A stretch of DNA of 64,000 bases from an uncultured Acidobacteriota bacterium (GTDB taxonomy: Bacteria > Acidobacteriota > Thermoanaerobaculia > UBA5066 > Gp7-AA6): the NCBI GenBank assembly GCA_963738945.1, contig CAVTYD010000003.1, positions 130,583 to 194,582 on the forward strand, written 5' to 3'. How positions within the stretch are numbered: position 1 is the stretch's first letter; every line of letters starts with the position of its first letter. Below the pieces are notes generated by a model. The model did not search any database, was not told the origin of the DNA, and saw only the letters and a list, made by a program, of their open reading frames with translations. Below are positions 16,710 through 25,291 of the stretch, one piece after another. The translations under genes and the position numbers were made by a program.

Positions 16710-17469
16710 ATGCGCCCACGCCTCATGAGGCACCTCGGTGTTCTGCCTGCTCGGGTCGTTCGCGTGCTTCGCTTCGGCGAGGGCCCAGGATCCGCGACAA
16801 CCCCCTCCGGAGCCTCCGTCGCCGACTCGGTCACCCGGGGACTTCGGACCCCAGGAGACGGAATCGACGATCTCCGCCCTCGCCTTCTATCCGGGCTCGA
16901 GCGGCGACCCGTACAGCACGTCCGGCAGCCTCGGCCGGTTCGGAGCCGTGAACCTGGACGAGCACTTCTATGCCTCGGTGGAGCTTCCCCTCGGGGCGGT
17001 CATCGACTACATCGCTCTCAACAACGTCAACGACAACACCCCGAACGTCATCACGCTCACGCTCCGATACCGGAACGAGAACGCCGCACTGGCGACGATC
17101 GCGACGGTCGGAAACACGCCTCACGAGACTTGGCAAACCGACTTCAGCGCCGGCACGCTCGGTTACGTCTACTATCTGCACTTTCCCCTGATCCTGGACG
17201 TCGAGATCGCGTCCAGTCCCAACCTGCAGTTCTTCGGCAACGCACGGGTCGGCTGGCACCGCTCCGTGAGCCCGCCTCCGGGGGACGCCCACTTCGGTGA
17301 CGTGCCGACGACGCACCCGTTCTTCCAGTTCATCTCGGCCCTGTACTACTCGGGGATCACCTCGGGCTGCCAGGCGAGCCCGCCGCTGTATTGCCCCGAC
17401 AGCCCCGTGACCCGCGGCCAGATGGCGGTCTTCCTGGCGAAGGCCCTCGGCCTGAGCTGGCCCAACTAG
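16710..17469 (+). CDS. secreted protein, sixth member of the variable-N-domain + SLH-like C-terminal module family (frame-disrupted near codon 9 as read)
   Basis: ORF 16738..17469 ends FGDVPTTHPFFQFISALYYSGITSGCQASPPLYCPDSPVTRGQMAVFLAKALGLSWPN. GGAGG (16699-703) plus ATG 16710 encode MRPRLMRHLG in a different frame from the rest of the signal peptide (VFCLLGSFACFASARAQ). This implies a 1-nt indel near 16737. Confidence 0.75.
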
Positions 17470-17493
17470 AGGGAAGGTCGCCGGGGCGGTCCG

Positions 17494-19789
17494 TCAGCGC
17501 GGGGCTGCTTCGAGAGCGGAGAGCTTGCGCGCGTAATCCTGCGCCTCGGCCGCGCGGCCGGCCTTCGCCGAAAAGGACGCCAGCGCTTCGACGATCTCGC
17601 GGTCGCCGTCGTGCTTTCCGTACGCCGCCTCGAGCACGTCGAGCGCCGGACCGGTCTGGCCGGCGGCGTCGAGCGCCACCGCGTAGACGTACGCGTAGCG
17701 CGCCCTGTCCGGCGCGAGGTCGACGGCCCGGCGCAGCTCGGCGAGCGCCTCGTCCAGGCGCTTCTGGCGCACGAGGGAGAGCCCGAGCGCGTGGTGGAGG
17801 CCGGCATCGGCCGGAGAGACCGTGAGGCCCTGGCGCAGCGCCGCTTCGGACTCCTTCTCGCGTCCCTGGGCCCGGTAGAGATCGGCCAGGTTCGCATAAA
17901 CCGCCGCCAGTGCGGGGGTGATGGCGATCGCGCGCCGGTACTCCGCCTCGGCCTTCGCCGCATCGCCGCGCTCCGCGTAGAGAGTTCCGAGGCTCGCGTG
18001 CGCCTCGGCACGGTCGGCGTCCACCTGCTGCGAGGCGATGAACTCCGAGATGCCTCGATCGAGCGCCGTTCGATCCGAGGGACTCAGGGCAGTCCGGCGG
18101 CGCGGCCGCGAGGGCGCGAGCCGCTTCGATGCGGACCGTGCGGACCGGATCACGAAGCAGGGGCGCGGCGAGCGTGACTCGGGCGGCGGGCTCGACGCCG
18201 CGCAGCGCGAGGACGGCGCCGTAGCGGACCAGCGGGTCGGGGTCCGCGAGAGCCGTTGCGAGCGCGCCGTTCTCCTCCGGACCGCCGCGGAGGAGGGTCG
18301 CCGCCGTCGCGCGCCGGATGGCCGGCTCTTTCGCGTCTTCCACCCGTTGAGCCAGAAGGACGGAAGCGCCCGCGCGCTCCTCGCGTCCCGCATGGATCGC
18401 CTCACCGTAAGGTGCGGCCGGGCGCGCCCGCTCGCCCCACCACTTCTGCGCCGCCGCCGCCGCCCAGACGCTGGAGCGATCGGTGTGGCACTGCGTGCAG
18501 GCATCCGGCGTCCCGAGCGCGGCGTCGAGATCCGGCCTGGGGATCCGGAAACTGTGGTCATGGCGGGCATGGACGACCATGTAGTTCCGCGTCGGCATGT
18601 GACAGGCGACGCACCGCGCTCCGGGCGATCCGGCGGCATGGAAGTGGTGCTTCGGCGTATCGAACTTCTCGGCGGCGTGGCACGCCATGCACACGCGGTC
18701 GGCCGAGCCCTTCACCTGGAGCGAGTGCGGATCGTGGCAGTCCGTGCACGAGACACCGGCGGCGTGCATCTTGCTCTGGAGGAAGGAGCCGTACTCGTAG
18801 ACCTCGTCCTGGATCTGGCCGTCGGGAAAGTAAAGGCCCTCCTCGAGCAGCGCCGGCCGGTAGGTCTGCATCAGGGGCTCGCCGAAGACGTAGTCGGCCT
18901 CGACGACGGAGCGGCGCGCATGACAGCGCGCGCAGGTTTCGATCTCCGCCGCCGAGGTCCGCGGAACGCTCCGCTTCGCGATGCCGGTCGCCGGGTCGAT
19001 GTCCCAGGTCGCCTTCGCCGGATCCTTCAGGGCGACCGCGAATCCTTTCTTCGGATCATCGGCGACGGGCTTTCCGGAGAGCGACGCCTCGGCCCAGGAG
19101 ACGTGCGCGGAGCCCGGCCCGTGGCAGGCCTCACAGGAGACGTCGAGCTCCGACCAGGTCGTCGTGTAGGAGTCCGAGGCCGCCGCGTAGCCCTTCCTCA
19201 CGTTCGTCGAGTGACAGTCCGCGCACATGAAGTTCCAGTTCTGGTAGGGCCCGGTCCAGTGCAGCGGGTCGGTGTGAGAAACCTCCTCTTTCGGGTAGAG
19301 ATGAAACCAGCGCTGGCCGCCCTCCTTCGCGGGCCGCGTGTCCCACACCACGTTCAGCGCCTGCAGACGCCCCCCCGGAAACGCAATCAGGTACTGCTGG
19401 AGCGGCGAGACGCCGAAGGTGTAGGCGATCGGATACTCGTGGAGCTTGCCGTCGGGCCCGTCGGTCCGCGCGAAGAACTTGCCCTCCCGCTTGAAGAACG
19501 TCGTCGTGACGCCGTAGTGGGTGAAGCGGGCGCCGTCGAAGTTGCCGAGAACCGTCTTCTCCGTCGCTTCCTGCATCGCGAGGTCGTGGTGCGAGCCCTT
19601 CCAGCGGCTCTCCTCTTCCGAGTGACAGCCCGCGCACGTATCGCGGCCGACGAAGGTCGGCGGGACGGCCTTCGGAGGAAGTGTCGCCGGCGGCTCCGCC
19701 GCGGCCGGCCGCTCCGCCCGGCCGCGGCAGGCCGCCGCCGCTGCCAGGAAGCAGACGGCCAGCACGCCGAAGGACCGAGGACCGCGCAT
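17494..19789 (-). CDS. octaheme c-type cytochrome fused to HEAT-like and TPR repeats (frame-disrupted near 18090 as read)
   Basis: N-terminal part in the frame of ORF 17357..19789: signal peptide plus eight CxxCH motifs (CAGCH, CADCH, CEACH, CARCH, CTDCH, CMACH, CVACH, CTQCH). After ...RIEAARALAAAPPD this frame turns to Arg/Gly junk. The frame of ORF 17494..18639 continues sensibly (LSPSDRTALDRGISEFIASQQVDADRAEAHASLGTLYAERGD..., TPR repeats) to the stop at 17494. Confidence 0.8.
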
Positions 19790-19853
19790 GGACGCGGATC
19801 ATAGCTCCCGGTACGCCGGTGATACGCTCCGGTCGATTCGCGGAGGTGGGCAG

Positions 19854-20565
19854 ATGAGAAACCGCATCGGCTTCGCGCTCGCTTGCTGCTCGGGTTCGCC
19901 CTCGCGGCGTCGGCTCAGCAGAACATGTACCGGCTCCAGCTGAAAGCGTCCGGAGCGATGGTCTCGCTGGACCGTCCGAACCTCATCGAAGGCCGATACG
20001 TCTTCCACCAGTGGCCGGACGGCGCAGCTCGCGTCGATCCCGCAGGACGTGGTCTCGCAGATCACTCCGCTCACCGGCCTATCGCGCGACACGATCTACC
20101 AGATCGAGCTCAACCCGTCGGGAACGATGATCGCCCGCGACATGCCGGTGCGGCGGGGAACGACGTACACGTTCCACAGCTGGCTCCACGGATCGCTCAT
20201 GAGCCTGCGCGCCTCCGACGTCCGAAAGATCACGGCGCTGACCGGGTGACCATGCCTTCTGGGTCGAGCAGGGTCTCGAGGGCGAGGTCCCCGTGGACAA
20301 CCTCGCGATGCAGGGCACGAACAAGATCGTCGAGATCGGGACGCCGCAGCAGAACACGACCGCGCAGGCCGGGCCGTCGAGCCTGAGCTCGATGAACGGC
20401 GGCCCGCCGGGCATCAGCGGCGCACCGGCGTACGGCAACTGGTCGTATCAGGGAACGCCGGGGGTCTCGGATGCGTGGTCGCCGGCCAACGCGACCATGT
20501 CGGGCGGAGTGCCGACGATGCCGGCCGCCACGGACGGCATGGCGCCTCCGACGATGCCCCGCTAG
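19854..20565 (+). pseudogene. secreted protein with two ~50-aa internal repeats and a Gly/Pro/Ser-rich tail; three frame changes as read
   Basis: GGAGG plus ATG 19854 gives MRNRIGFALA. The frame of ORF 19883 gives LLLGFALAASAQQNMYRLQLKASGAMVSLDRP...YVFHQWPDG. The frame of ORF 20049 gives ...SIPQDVVSQITPLTG...TIYQIELNPSGTMIARDMP...YTFHSWLHGSLMSLRASDVRKITALTG. The frame of ORF 20293 gives the tail. Junctions lie near 19882, 20021 and 20245. Confidence 0.55.
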
Positions 20566-20621
20566 GCGGCGAGAGAACGCCGCCTCGGAAGCCCGACCCG
20601 GACGAAGTCCGGACCGGGATT

Positions 20622-20652
20622 CCGAAAAAACAAGCGGCGAGAGAACGCCGCC
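20622..20652 (-). terminator. rho-independent terminator (second tandem copy)
   Basis: On the minus strand: GCGGCG-TTCTCT-CGCCGC followed by TTGTTTTTT (reverse complement of 20622-20651). Confidence 0.5.
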
Positions 20653-20680
20653 TCGCCGGACGAAGTCCGGACCAGGATTC

Positions 20681-20710
20681 CGAAAAAACACGCGGCGGGA
20701 GAACGCCGCC
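20681..20710 (-). terminator. rho-independent terminator (first of two tandem copies) for the minus-strand gene ending at 20765
   Basis: On the minus strand: GCGGCG-TTCTCC-CGCCGC followed by G-TGTTTTTT (reverse complement of 20683-20709). Confidence 0.55.
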
Positions 20711-20764
20711 TCGGAAGCCCGACCCGGACGAAGTCCGGACCGGGTTACCCAAGAGAGAACTGCC

Positions 20765-21487
20765 TCAGCGGGCCGCGTCGACGAAGAAGCTGACGGTCAA
20801 TCCGAGGACGTCGAGATAGGCCGGATTGCACGTCGGGCAGTCCTGGCGGAGATAATAGACGTTGACGTTCAGCCAGCGACGGTACGGCACCTGGAACCCC
20901 GCGGTGTACCACTCCTGCTTCCAGGTCGCGGTCGTGATGTCGTAGAAGAACTCTGCCGAGGCGTAGGGCGTGAAGCGAAATCCGTGGATCTCGGCGTCGA
21001 ATTCGGCGGCCACGAGGTTGCGGTAGCGCGTCGAATACGCTCCATTGACCCATCGGAACTCGACCCGGTTTCGGTCGGTCAGGAGAAGCGACTTCCCCAG
21101 CCGGAAGCGCGGCGTGGCCTGGACGGCCAGACGGTTCTCGATCGTGTCGTTGCCGGATTGAATCGTCTGAAGATGCTCGTAGCCCGCCGCCGTGACGAGG
21201 TAGTTCTCCTTGTCGGGATCGATGTTGACGGTGTGCGGCTGCTCGAAGCGCCACCATTGCAGCCCGAGGCCGGCGCCGAAGTCGACCTGGCGGTAGGGAA
21301 AATCCTGATCGGTCCGGCTCTCGGCGAAGGCGAGGGCCCTCAGGTTGGAGGAGAGCTGGAGGTGGAGGTCCGCGCTCGGCCAGAAAGCTCCGCTCGTCTC
21401 GGCGGTCTGGGCGAATGTCCCGCGAGCCAGACCCGCCTGGAAGAGGAGCGCCGCGAGAAGGGATCGGAGGGCGAACCGCGTCTTCAC
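20765..21487 (-). CDS. secreted/outer-membrane protein (DUF2490-like, tentative)
   Basis: ORF 20765..21607, with the start taken at GTG 21487, giving the signal peptide VKTRFALRSLLAALLFQAGLARGTFAQ. Aromatic-rich alternating pattern (FRWVNGAYSTRYRN, FFYDITTATWKQEWYTAGFQVPY). The family assignment is from memory only. Confidence 0.65.
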   Translation of the reverse strand: MKTRFALRSLLAALLFQAGLARGTFAQTAETSGAFWPSADLHLQLSSNLRALAFAESRTDQDFPYRQVDFGAGLGLQWWRFEQPHTVNIDPDKENYLVTAAGYEHLQTIQSGNDTIENRLAVQATPRFRLGKSLLLTDRNRVEFRWVNGAYSTRYRNLVAAEFDAEIHGFRFTPYASAEFFYDITTATWKQEWYTAGFQVPYRRWLNVNVYYLRQDCPTCNPAYLDVLGLTVSFFVDAAR

Positions 21488-21554
21488 ACGGAACCGCCAG
21501 GAGAGGCGAGGCCCGCCCCGGAAAATCAAGGACGGGCCCCGCACCGAAAGCCGA

Positions 21555-21995
21555 CTACTTCTCGATCGTGAGCTTGAGTCCCTCGGCCGCGATCTTGAGG
21601 CTCGCACCCTTGGTGATGCTCGTGAGCGTGATTCCGACGCCCTTGGCGTTGGTCAGAGCCGTGACGCCCTTGCCCGAGCCCGCCGTCGCGCCCGCACCCG
21701 CGGCCGCATAGACGCCGCTGAAGTCGTCGACCGACTTCAGGTCGTACACGTCGCCCTTCGCCTTGACGTCCGTCATGCCGACTTCACCCACCGAGAGTCC
21801 CTCGACCTTGACCTTGTAGTTCTTGCCCATGTAGGTCAGGGTCCCGTGACCCCAGCTCCAGCCGATCCCCACCGCGACCGAGCCCTCGGTCAGCTTGAGC
21901 GTCCCGCTCGGCTTCTTGTCTGCGGCCACCGCGAACACTGCCGAGAGCGCGAACACCGCCGCCAGGACCACCGACGAAATCCACCGACGATTCAT
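21555..21995 (-). CDS. small secreted Gly/Ala/Val-rich protein, function unknown
   Basis: ORF 21555..22043, with the start at ATG 21995 (GAGGAG SD). Signal peptide MNRRWISSVVLAAVFALSAVFAVAA. Beta-strand-like repeats (VAVGIGWSWGHGTLTYMGKNYKVKVEGLSVG). Confidence 0.7.
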   Translation of the reverse strand: MNRRWISSVVLAAVFALSAVFAVAADKKPSGTLKLTEGSVAVGIGWSWGHGTLTYMGKNYKVKVEGLSVGEVGMTDVKAKGDVYDLKSVDDFSGVYAAAGAGATAGSGKGVTALTNAKGVGITLTSITKGASLKIAAEGLKLTIEK

Positions 21996-22056
21996 GGTTT
22001 CTCCTCTTTCTGTTTGCGTGCCACCGAAACGGTTCGGCGGCAAACGTCCTTACTCT

Positions 22057-23068
22057 TCATTCTTCGAACGAAAAAATCTTCTTCCAGTCGTTCTTCATGC
22101 TGATGATGACCCATCCGTCCTTCTTGCCTTCGTCGTAGAGTGCCTGGGTAAACGTTCCCACCTTCGAGTCGGGCAGACCCGCCGCCGGTCCGTAAGCATA
22201 TTCCCGCTTCGCATCGTCGTGGAGGACGAGCATCGCCAGACGCGCGCCCTCGCCCGCCTTCGTGTATTCCAGCATCTCCCGGTCCCCGGTCGAGTTGCCG
22301 AAGGCGGCGTAGGGGCGGCGGCCGATCATCAGATAGATGCCCTCCGCCTTGCCCGCGTTGTTGTTGTCCAGGATCAGCTTCGGCTCCTTGGTCAGGACCG
22401 GCTTGCCGTCCTTGCCGTAGCCGTACTTCGTGGTGGCGGCCGTTCCCACCACCTGCTCCGGCGGGACGCCGTAGGTCGCCTCGGCGTAGACGCGAACGAA
22501 GTCCTGTCCGCCGCCGGTCACGATGTAGGTCCTGTAGCCGTTGGCGCGGAGGTATTTCATGACCTCCTGCATCGGCAGATACGTCAGGTCGGTGTAGGGG
22601 CGCTTCCAGCGCGCGTCCTTCGCCGCCGCGATCCACTTCTTGACCTCGGATCGAAAGTCGTCGACCGGCATCCCGGTCAGCGTCGCCGCGGCGATCTTGA
22701 GGAGGTCGTCCTCCGACAGATGCGTGATCGCTTCGCGATTTCCGGACATCACGGTCTTGAACGGCTCGACGCTGGCGAGCTCCGGTTTCGCCTTGACGAG
22801 CGCCGGGACGCGGTCGAGGCAGTACACGAGCTGCGAATAGATCGGATGCTCGACCCAGAGCGTCCCGTCCTGGTCGAACGTCGCGACGCGCTCCTCCGGC
22901 GGCACGAACTTGGGGCTGCCCTGAGTCGTCGTCGATTGGACGAACTCGACGATCGCCTTCTTGGCGGCGCCGTCGTTCCACGACGGCAGTGGGTCCTGCG
23001 CCCATACCCCCGTCGAGCTCGCGACCAGGACGAGAACAACCCGCCAGAATGCTCCTGGTTCTATTCAT
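22057..23068 (-). CDS. secreted HAD-superfamily hydrolase (frame-disrupted near 23040 as read)
   Basis: ORF 22057..22905 carries HAD motif I (FDQDGTLW) and YIVTGGG. The same frame stays open upstream (VVLVLVASSTGVWAQDPLPSWNDGAAKKAIVEFV...). GGAGGA plus ATG 23068 (MNRTRSILAG) is in another frame, implying a 1-nt indel in the signal-peptide region. Confidence 0.8.
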
Positions 23069-23103
23069 CGTTGTCCTCCGGCAAGTCCACGAGACCCCCT
23101 CGC

Positions 23104-24672
23104 CTAGTCACTGGCCTTCGGCGCGGTCTGCAACATCTCCAGAGCCTGGTCGAGGCTGAAGCTGCCGGCCTTCTGGCTCGGGGGGAATTCCCTGAAGGTG
23201 GCGAGGAACTGCCCGACGTACTGCTGCGCCGGCACGAGCACGAAGGCGTGGTCGACCCGCCACTTTCCGTAGGAGATGCTTTCGTGGTCGGCGGTCTCGA
23301 ACGGATCCGAGCGGAGGTTGAAGAGCTTCGGAAAACGCAGCGGCACGAACGGGTCCTGCCAGACATCGAGGCCGGTCGCACGCTGCTCCGCGAAGACGAT
23401 CTTCCACTGGTCGTAGCGCAGGCCGACGAGCGAGCCGTCGTCGTTGAAGTAGAAGAACTCGTGGCGCGGGCCCGGTGACTTGCCGGCGAGCGCATCGGTG
23501 ATGTCGTAGCCGTCGATGTGTACTTTGAAGGTCTTATCGCCGACCTTCATGCCCTTCATCAGCTGGTCCTTGACGTTCGGCACGCCCGCCGCCGCGAGCA
23601 GCGTCGGCAGCATGTCTTCGTGCGCGAAGACGTCGTTCAAGACCGTGCCGGGCTTGATGACGCCGGGCCAGCGGATGGCGCAGGGGACGCGGAAGGCGCC
23701 TTCCCAGTTGCTGGCTTTCTCGTTGCGGAAGGGCGAGGTGCCACCGTCGGGCCAGGAGAATTTCTCCGCGCCGTTGTCGGTGGAGTACATGACGATCGTG
23801 TCGTTCTCGATGCCGAGCTCTTTGAGCTTGTCGAGCAGGAGGCCGACGTCCGCGTCGTGTTCCTGCATCCCGTCGGGATAGACGCCGAGGCCCGTCTTGC
23901 CCTGCCACTTCGGCGACAGATGAGTCCAGATGTGCATGCGCGTGGCGTTCCACCACAGGAAGAAGGGCTTGTTCTCCTTCTTGGCCTCGTCCATGAAGCG
24001 GAGCGCTTCCTTCGTGAACTCGTCGTCCACGGTCTCCATGCGCTTGGTGTCGAGCGCCCCGGTGAGCTCGATCTTCTGCGTGCCGTCCGGGTTCGCCCAG
24101 GTATGGATCACGCCCCGGGTCGCGTACTTCTTCCGCATCTCGGGATTCTTGAAGTAGTCGGGGTTCTCCGGCTCCTCCTCGGCGTTCAGGTGGTAGAGCG
24201 AACCATAGAACTCGTGGAAACCGTGGACGGTCGGCAGCTGCTCGTCCCGGTCGCCGAGGTGATTCTTGCCGAATTGACCGGCCTTGTAGCCCTGCGCCTT
24301 GAGGAGCTCGGCGATCGTCACGTCCCGGGCCTGCAGGCCTTCCTTGGCGCCGGGCAGCCCGACCTTGAGAAGACCGGTGCGGAACGGCGACTGGCCCGTG
24401 ATGAACGCCCCGCGCCCGGCGGTGCAACTCTGCTGGCCGTACCAGTCGGTGAAGAGCGCCCCTTCCTTCGCGATGCGGTCGATGTTCGGCGTCCGGTAAC
24501 CCATCATGCCCTGGTTGTAGGCGCTGAGGTTCCAGTAGCCGATGTCGTCGCCCCAGATGATGAGGATGTTGGGCTTCTTCGCCGGCGCCTGGGCGAGCGC
24601 CGTGGACGCCAGAGCAAGGAGTCCGGTAAAACACAGAGCGAGCGGTTTCGAGAATTGCCGATAACCATTCAT
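23104..24672 (-). CDS. sulfatase (arylsulfatase-type, family S1)
   Basis: 522 aa with a signal peptide. Metal site IIWGDDIGYW. Active-site motif QQSCTAGRGAFITG (C-x-A-x-R formylglycine motif). GKNHLGD. Confidence 0.92.
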   Translation of the reverse strand: MNGYRQFSKPLALCFTGLLALASTALAQAPAKKPNILIIWGDDIGYWNLSAYNQGMMGYRTPNIDRIAKEGALFTDWYGQQSCTAGRGAFITGQSPFRTGLLKVGLPGAKEGLQARDVTIAELLKAQGYKAGQFGKNHLGDRDEQLPTVHGFHEFYGSLYHLNAEEEPENPDYFKNPEMRKKYATRGVIHTWANPDGTQKIELTGALDTKRMETVDDEFTKEALRFMDEAKKENKPFFLWWNATRMHIWTHLSPKWQGKTGLGVYPDGMQEHDADVGLLLDKLKELGIENDTIVMYSTDNGAEKFSWPDGGTSPFRNEKASNWEGAFRVPCAIRWPGVIKPGTVLNDVFAHEDMLPTLLAAAGVPNVKDQLMKGMKVGDKTFKVHIDGYDITDALAGKSPGPRHEFFYFNDDGSLVGLRYDQWKIVFAEQRATGLDVWQDPFVPLRFPKLFNLRSDPFETADHESISYGKWRVDHAFVLVPAQQYVGQFLATFREFPPSQKAGSFSLDQALEMLQTAPKASD

Positions 24673-24687
24673 GGTCTTGCCAGCCTC

Positions 24688-25209
24688 CTAAGGTTGCGGT
24701 TCACGCCTACGGAAGAAGAGATCGAAGACCTTCCGATCGCCGGCAAGGCGGCCGAGCTCCCAGAAGGCGAAGAACGGGATGAACGCAACGAAGAGGACCA
24801 GCGTCCGCCCCAGCATCTCGTAGACGCCCTGGTTCAGGAACGCCTCCCAGCTCGCCGCGAGCGTCTTTCCGTGAATGAGCCCTTCGACGAGGTGCTCGAC
24901 AATGGCGAAGACTCCGACGAGGAGTCCGTAGAGGAAGGACGATCGCAGGACGGAAAACGCCGCCGTTCTGCGGTCGTCGGTCTTCCCGAGCCCCAGGGCC
25001 CTACCGATCAGAACCACCTTCGCGATGACGAGCGCCTCGATGAGCGCAAAGCCGTAGTGAAAGGCGTTGACGCCGAACTCTCGCGAAATGAGCCTCCGGT
25101 AGGTGAGAAACGCGACGAAGAACGCCGCGAGATAGGCGGTGACGAGCAGCATCAACCGCAGCTCCTCGGCCGCTTTCTCCTTGAGTTTCGCCTTCCGCTC
25201 GCCGTTCAT
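24688..25209 (-). CDS. small integral membrane protein (about 4 TM), function unknown
   Basis: 173-aa ORF between two sulfatase genes. Hydrophobic segments LMLLVTAYLAAFFVAFL, FALIEALVIAKVVLI, LYGLLVGVFAIVEHL, LVLFVAFIPFFAFW. Confidence 0.7.
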   Translation of the reverse strand: MNGERKAKLKEKAAEELRLMLLVTAYLAAFFVAFLTYRRLISREFGVNAFHYGFALIEALVIAKVVLIGRALGLGKTDDRRTAAFSVLRSSFLYGLLVGVFAIVEHLVEGLIHGKTLAASWEAFLNQGVYEMLGRTLVLFVAFIPFFAFWELGRLAGDRKVFDLFFRRREPQP

Positions 25210-25291
25210 GTTCTCCGCTTTCCCTGACGTTGAGTTAAAGAACGGGCGGCCCGGCCGGGCCGCCCGCCTCGCGTCATCGCGTTTGCCTCAA

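Larger units (their letters stand above)
20565..20750. repeat. triplicated 58-68 nt intergenic tandem repeat, each unit with two hairpins
   Basis: Units 20565-20632, 20633-20690 and 20691-20750. Each carries GCGGCG-n6-CGCCGC and CCGGAC-GAA-GTCCGG hairpins; the first two units end in CCGAAAAAACA. Unit 2 lacks a 10-nt segment (gaagcccgac). Confidence 0.85.

Noticed and set aside
17357-17493. The 3' extension of the 810-aa cytochrome ORF reading (17357..19789), which overlaps the end of the gene at 16710..17469.
   Set aside because: After about residue 565 this frame is Arg/Gly/Pro junk. A different frame carries clean TPR repeats and ends at 17494, so the long reading is a frameshift artefact.
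20565-20750. The tandem repeat as a CRISPR array.
   Set aside because: There are only three units and they are directly abutting without unique spacers. Unit length is variable (58-68 nt). No cas genes are present anywhere in the window.
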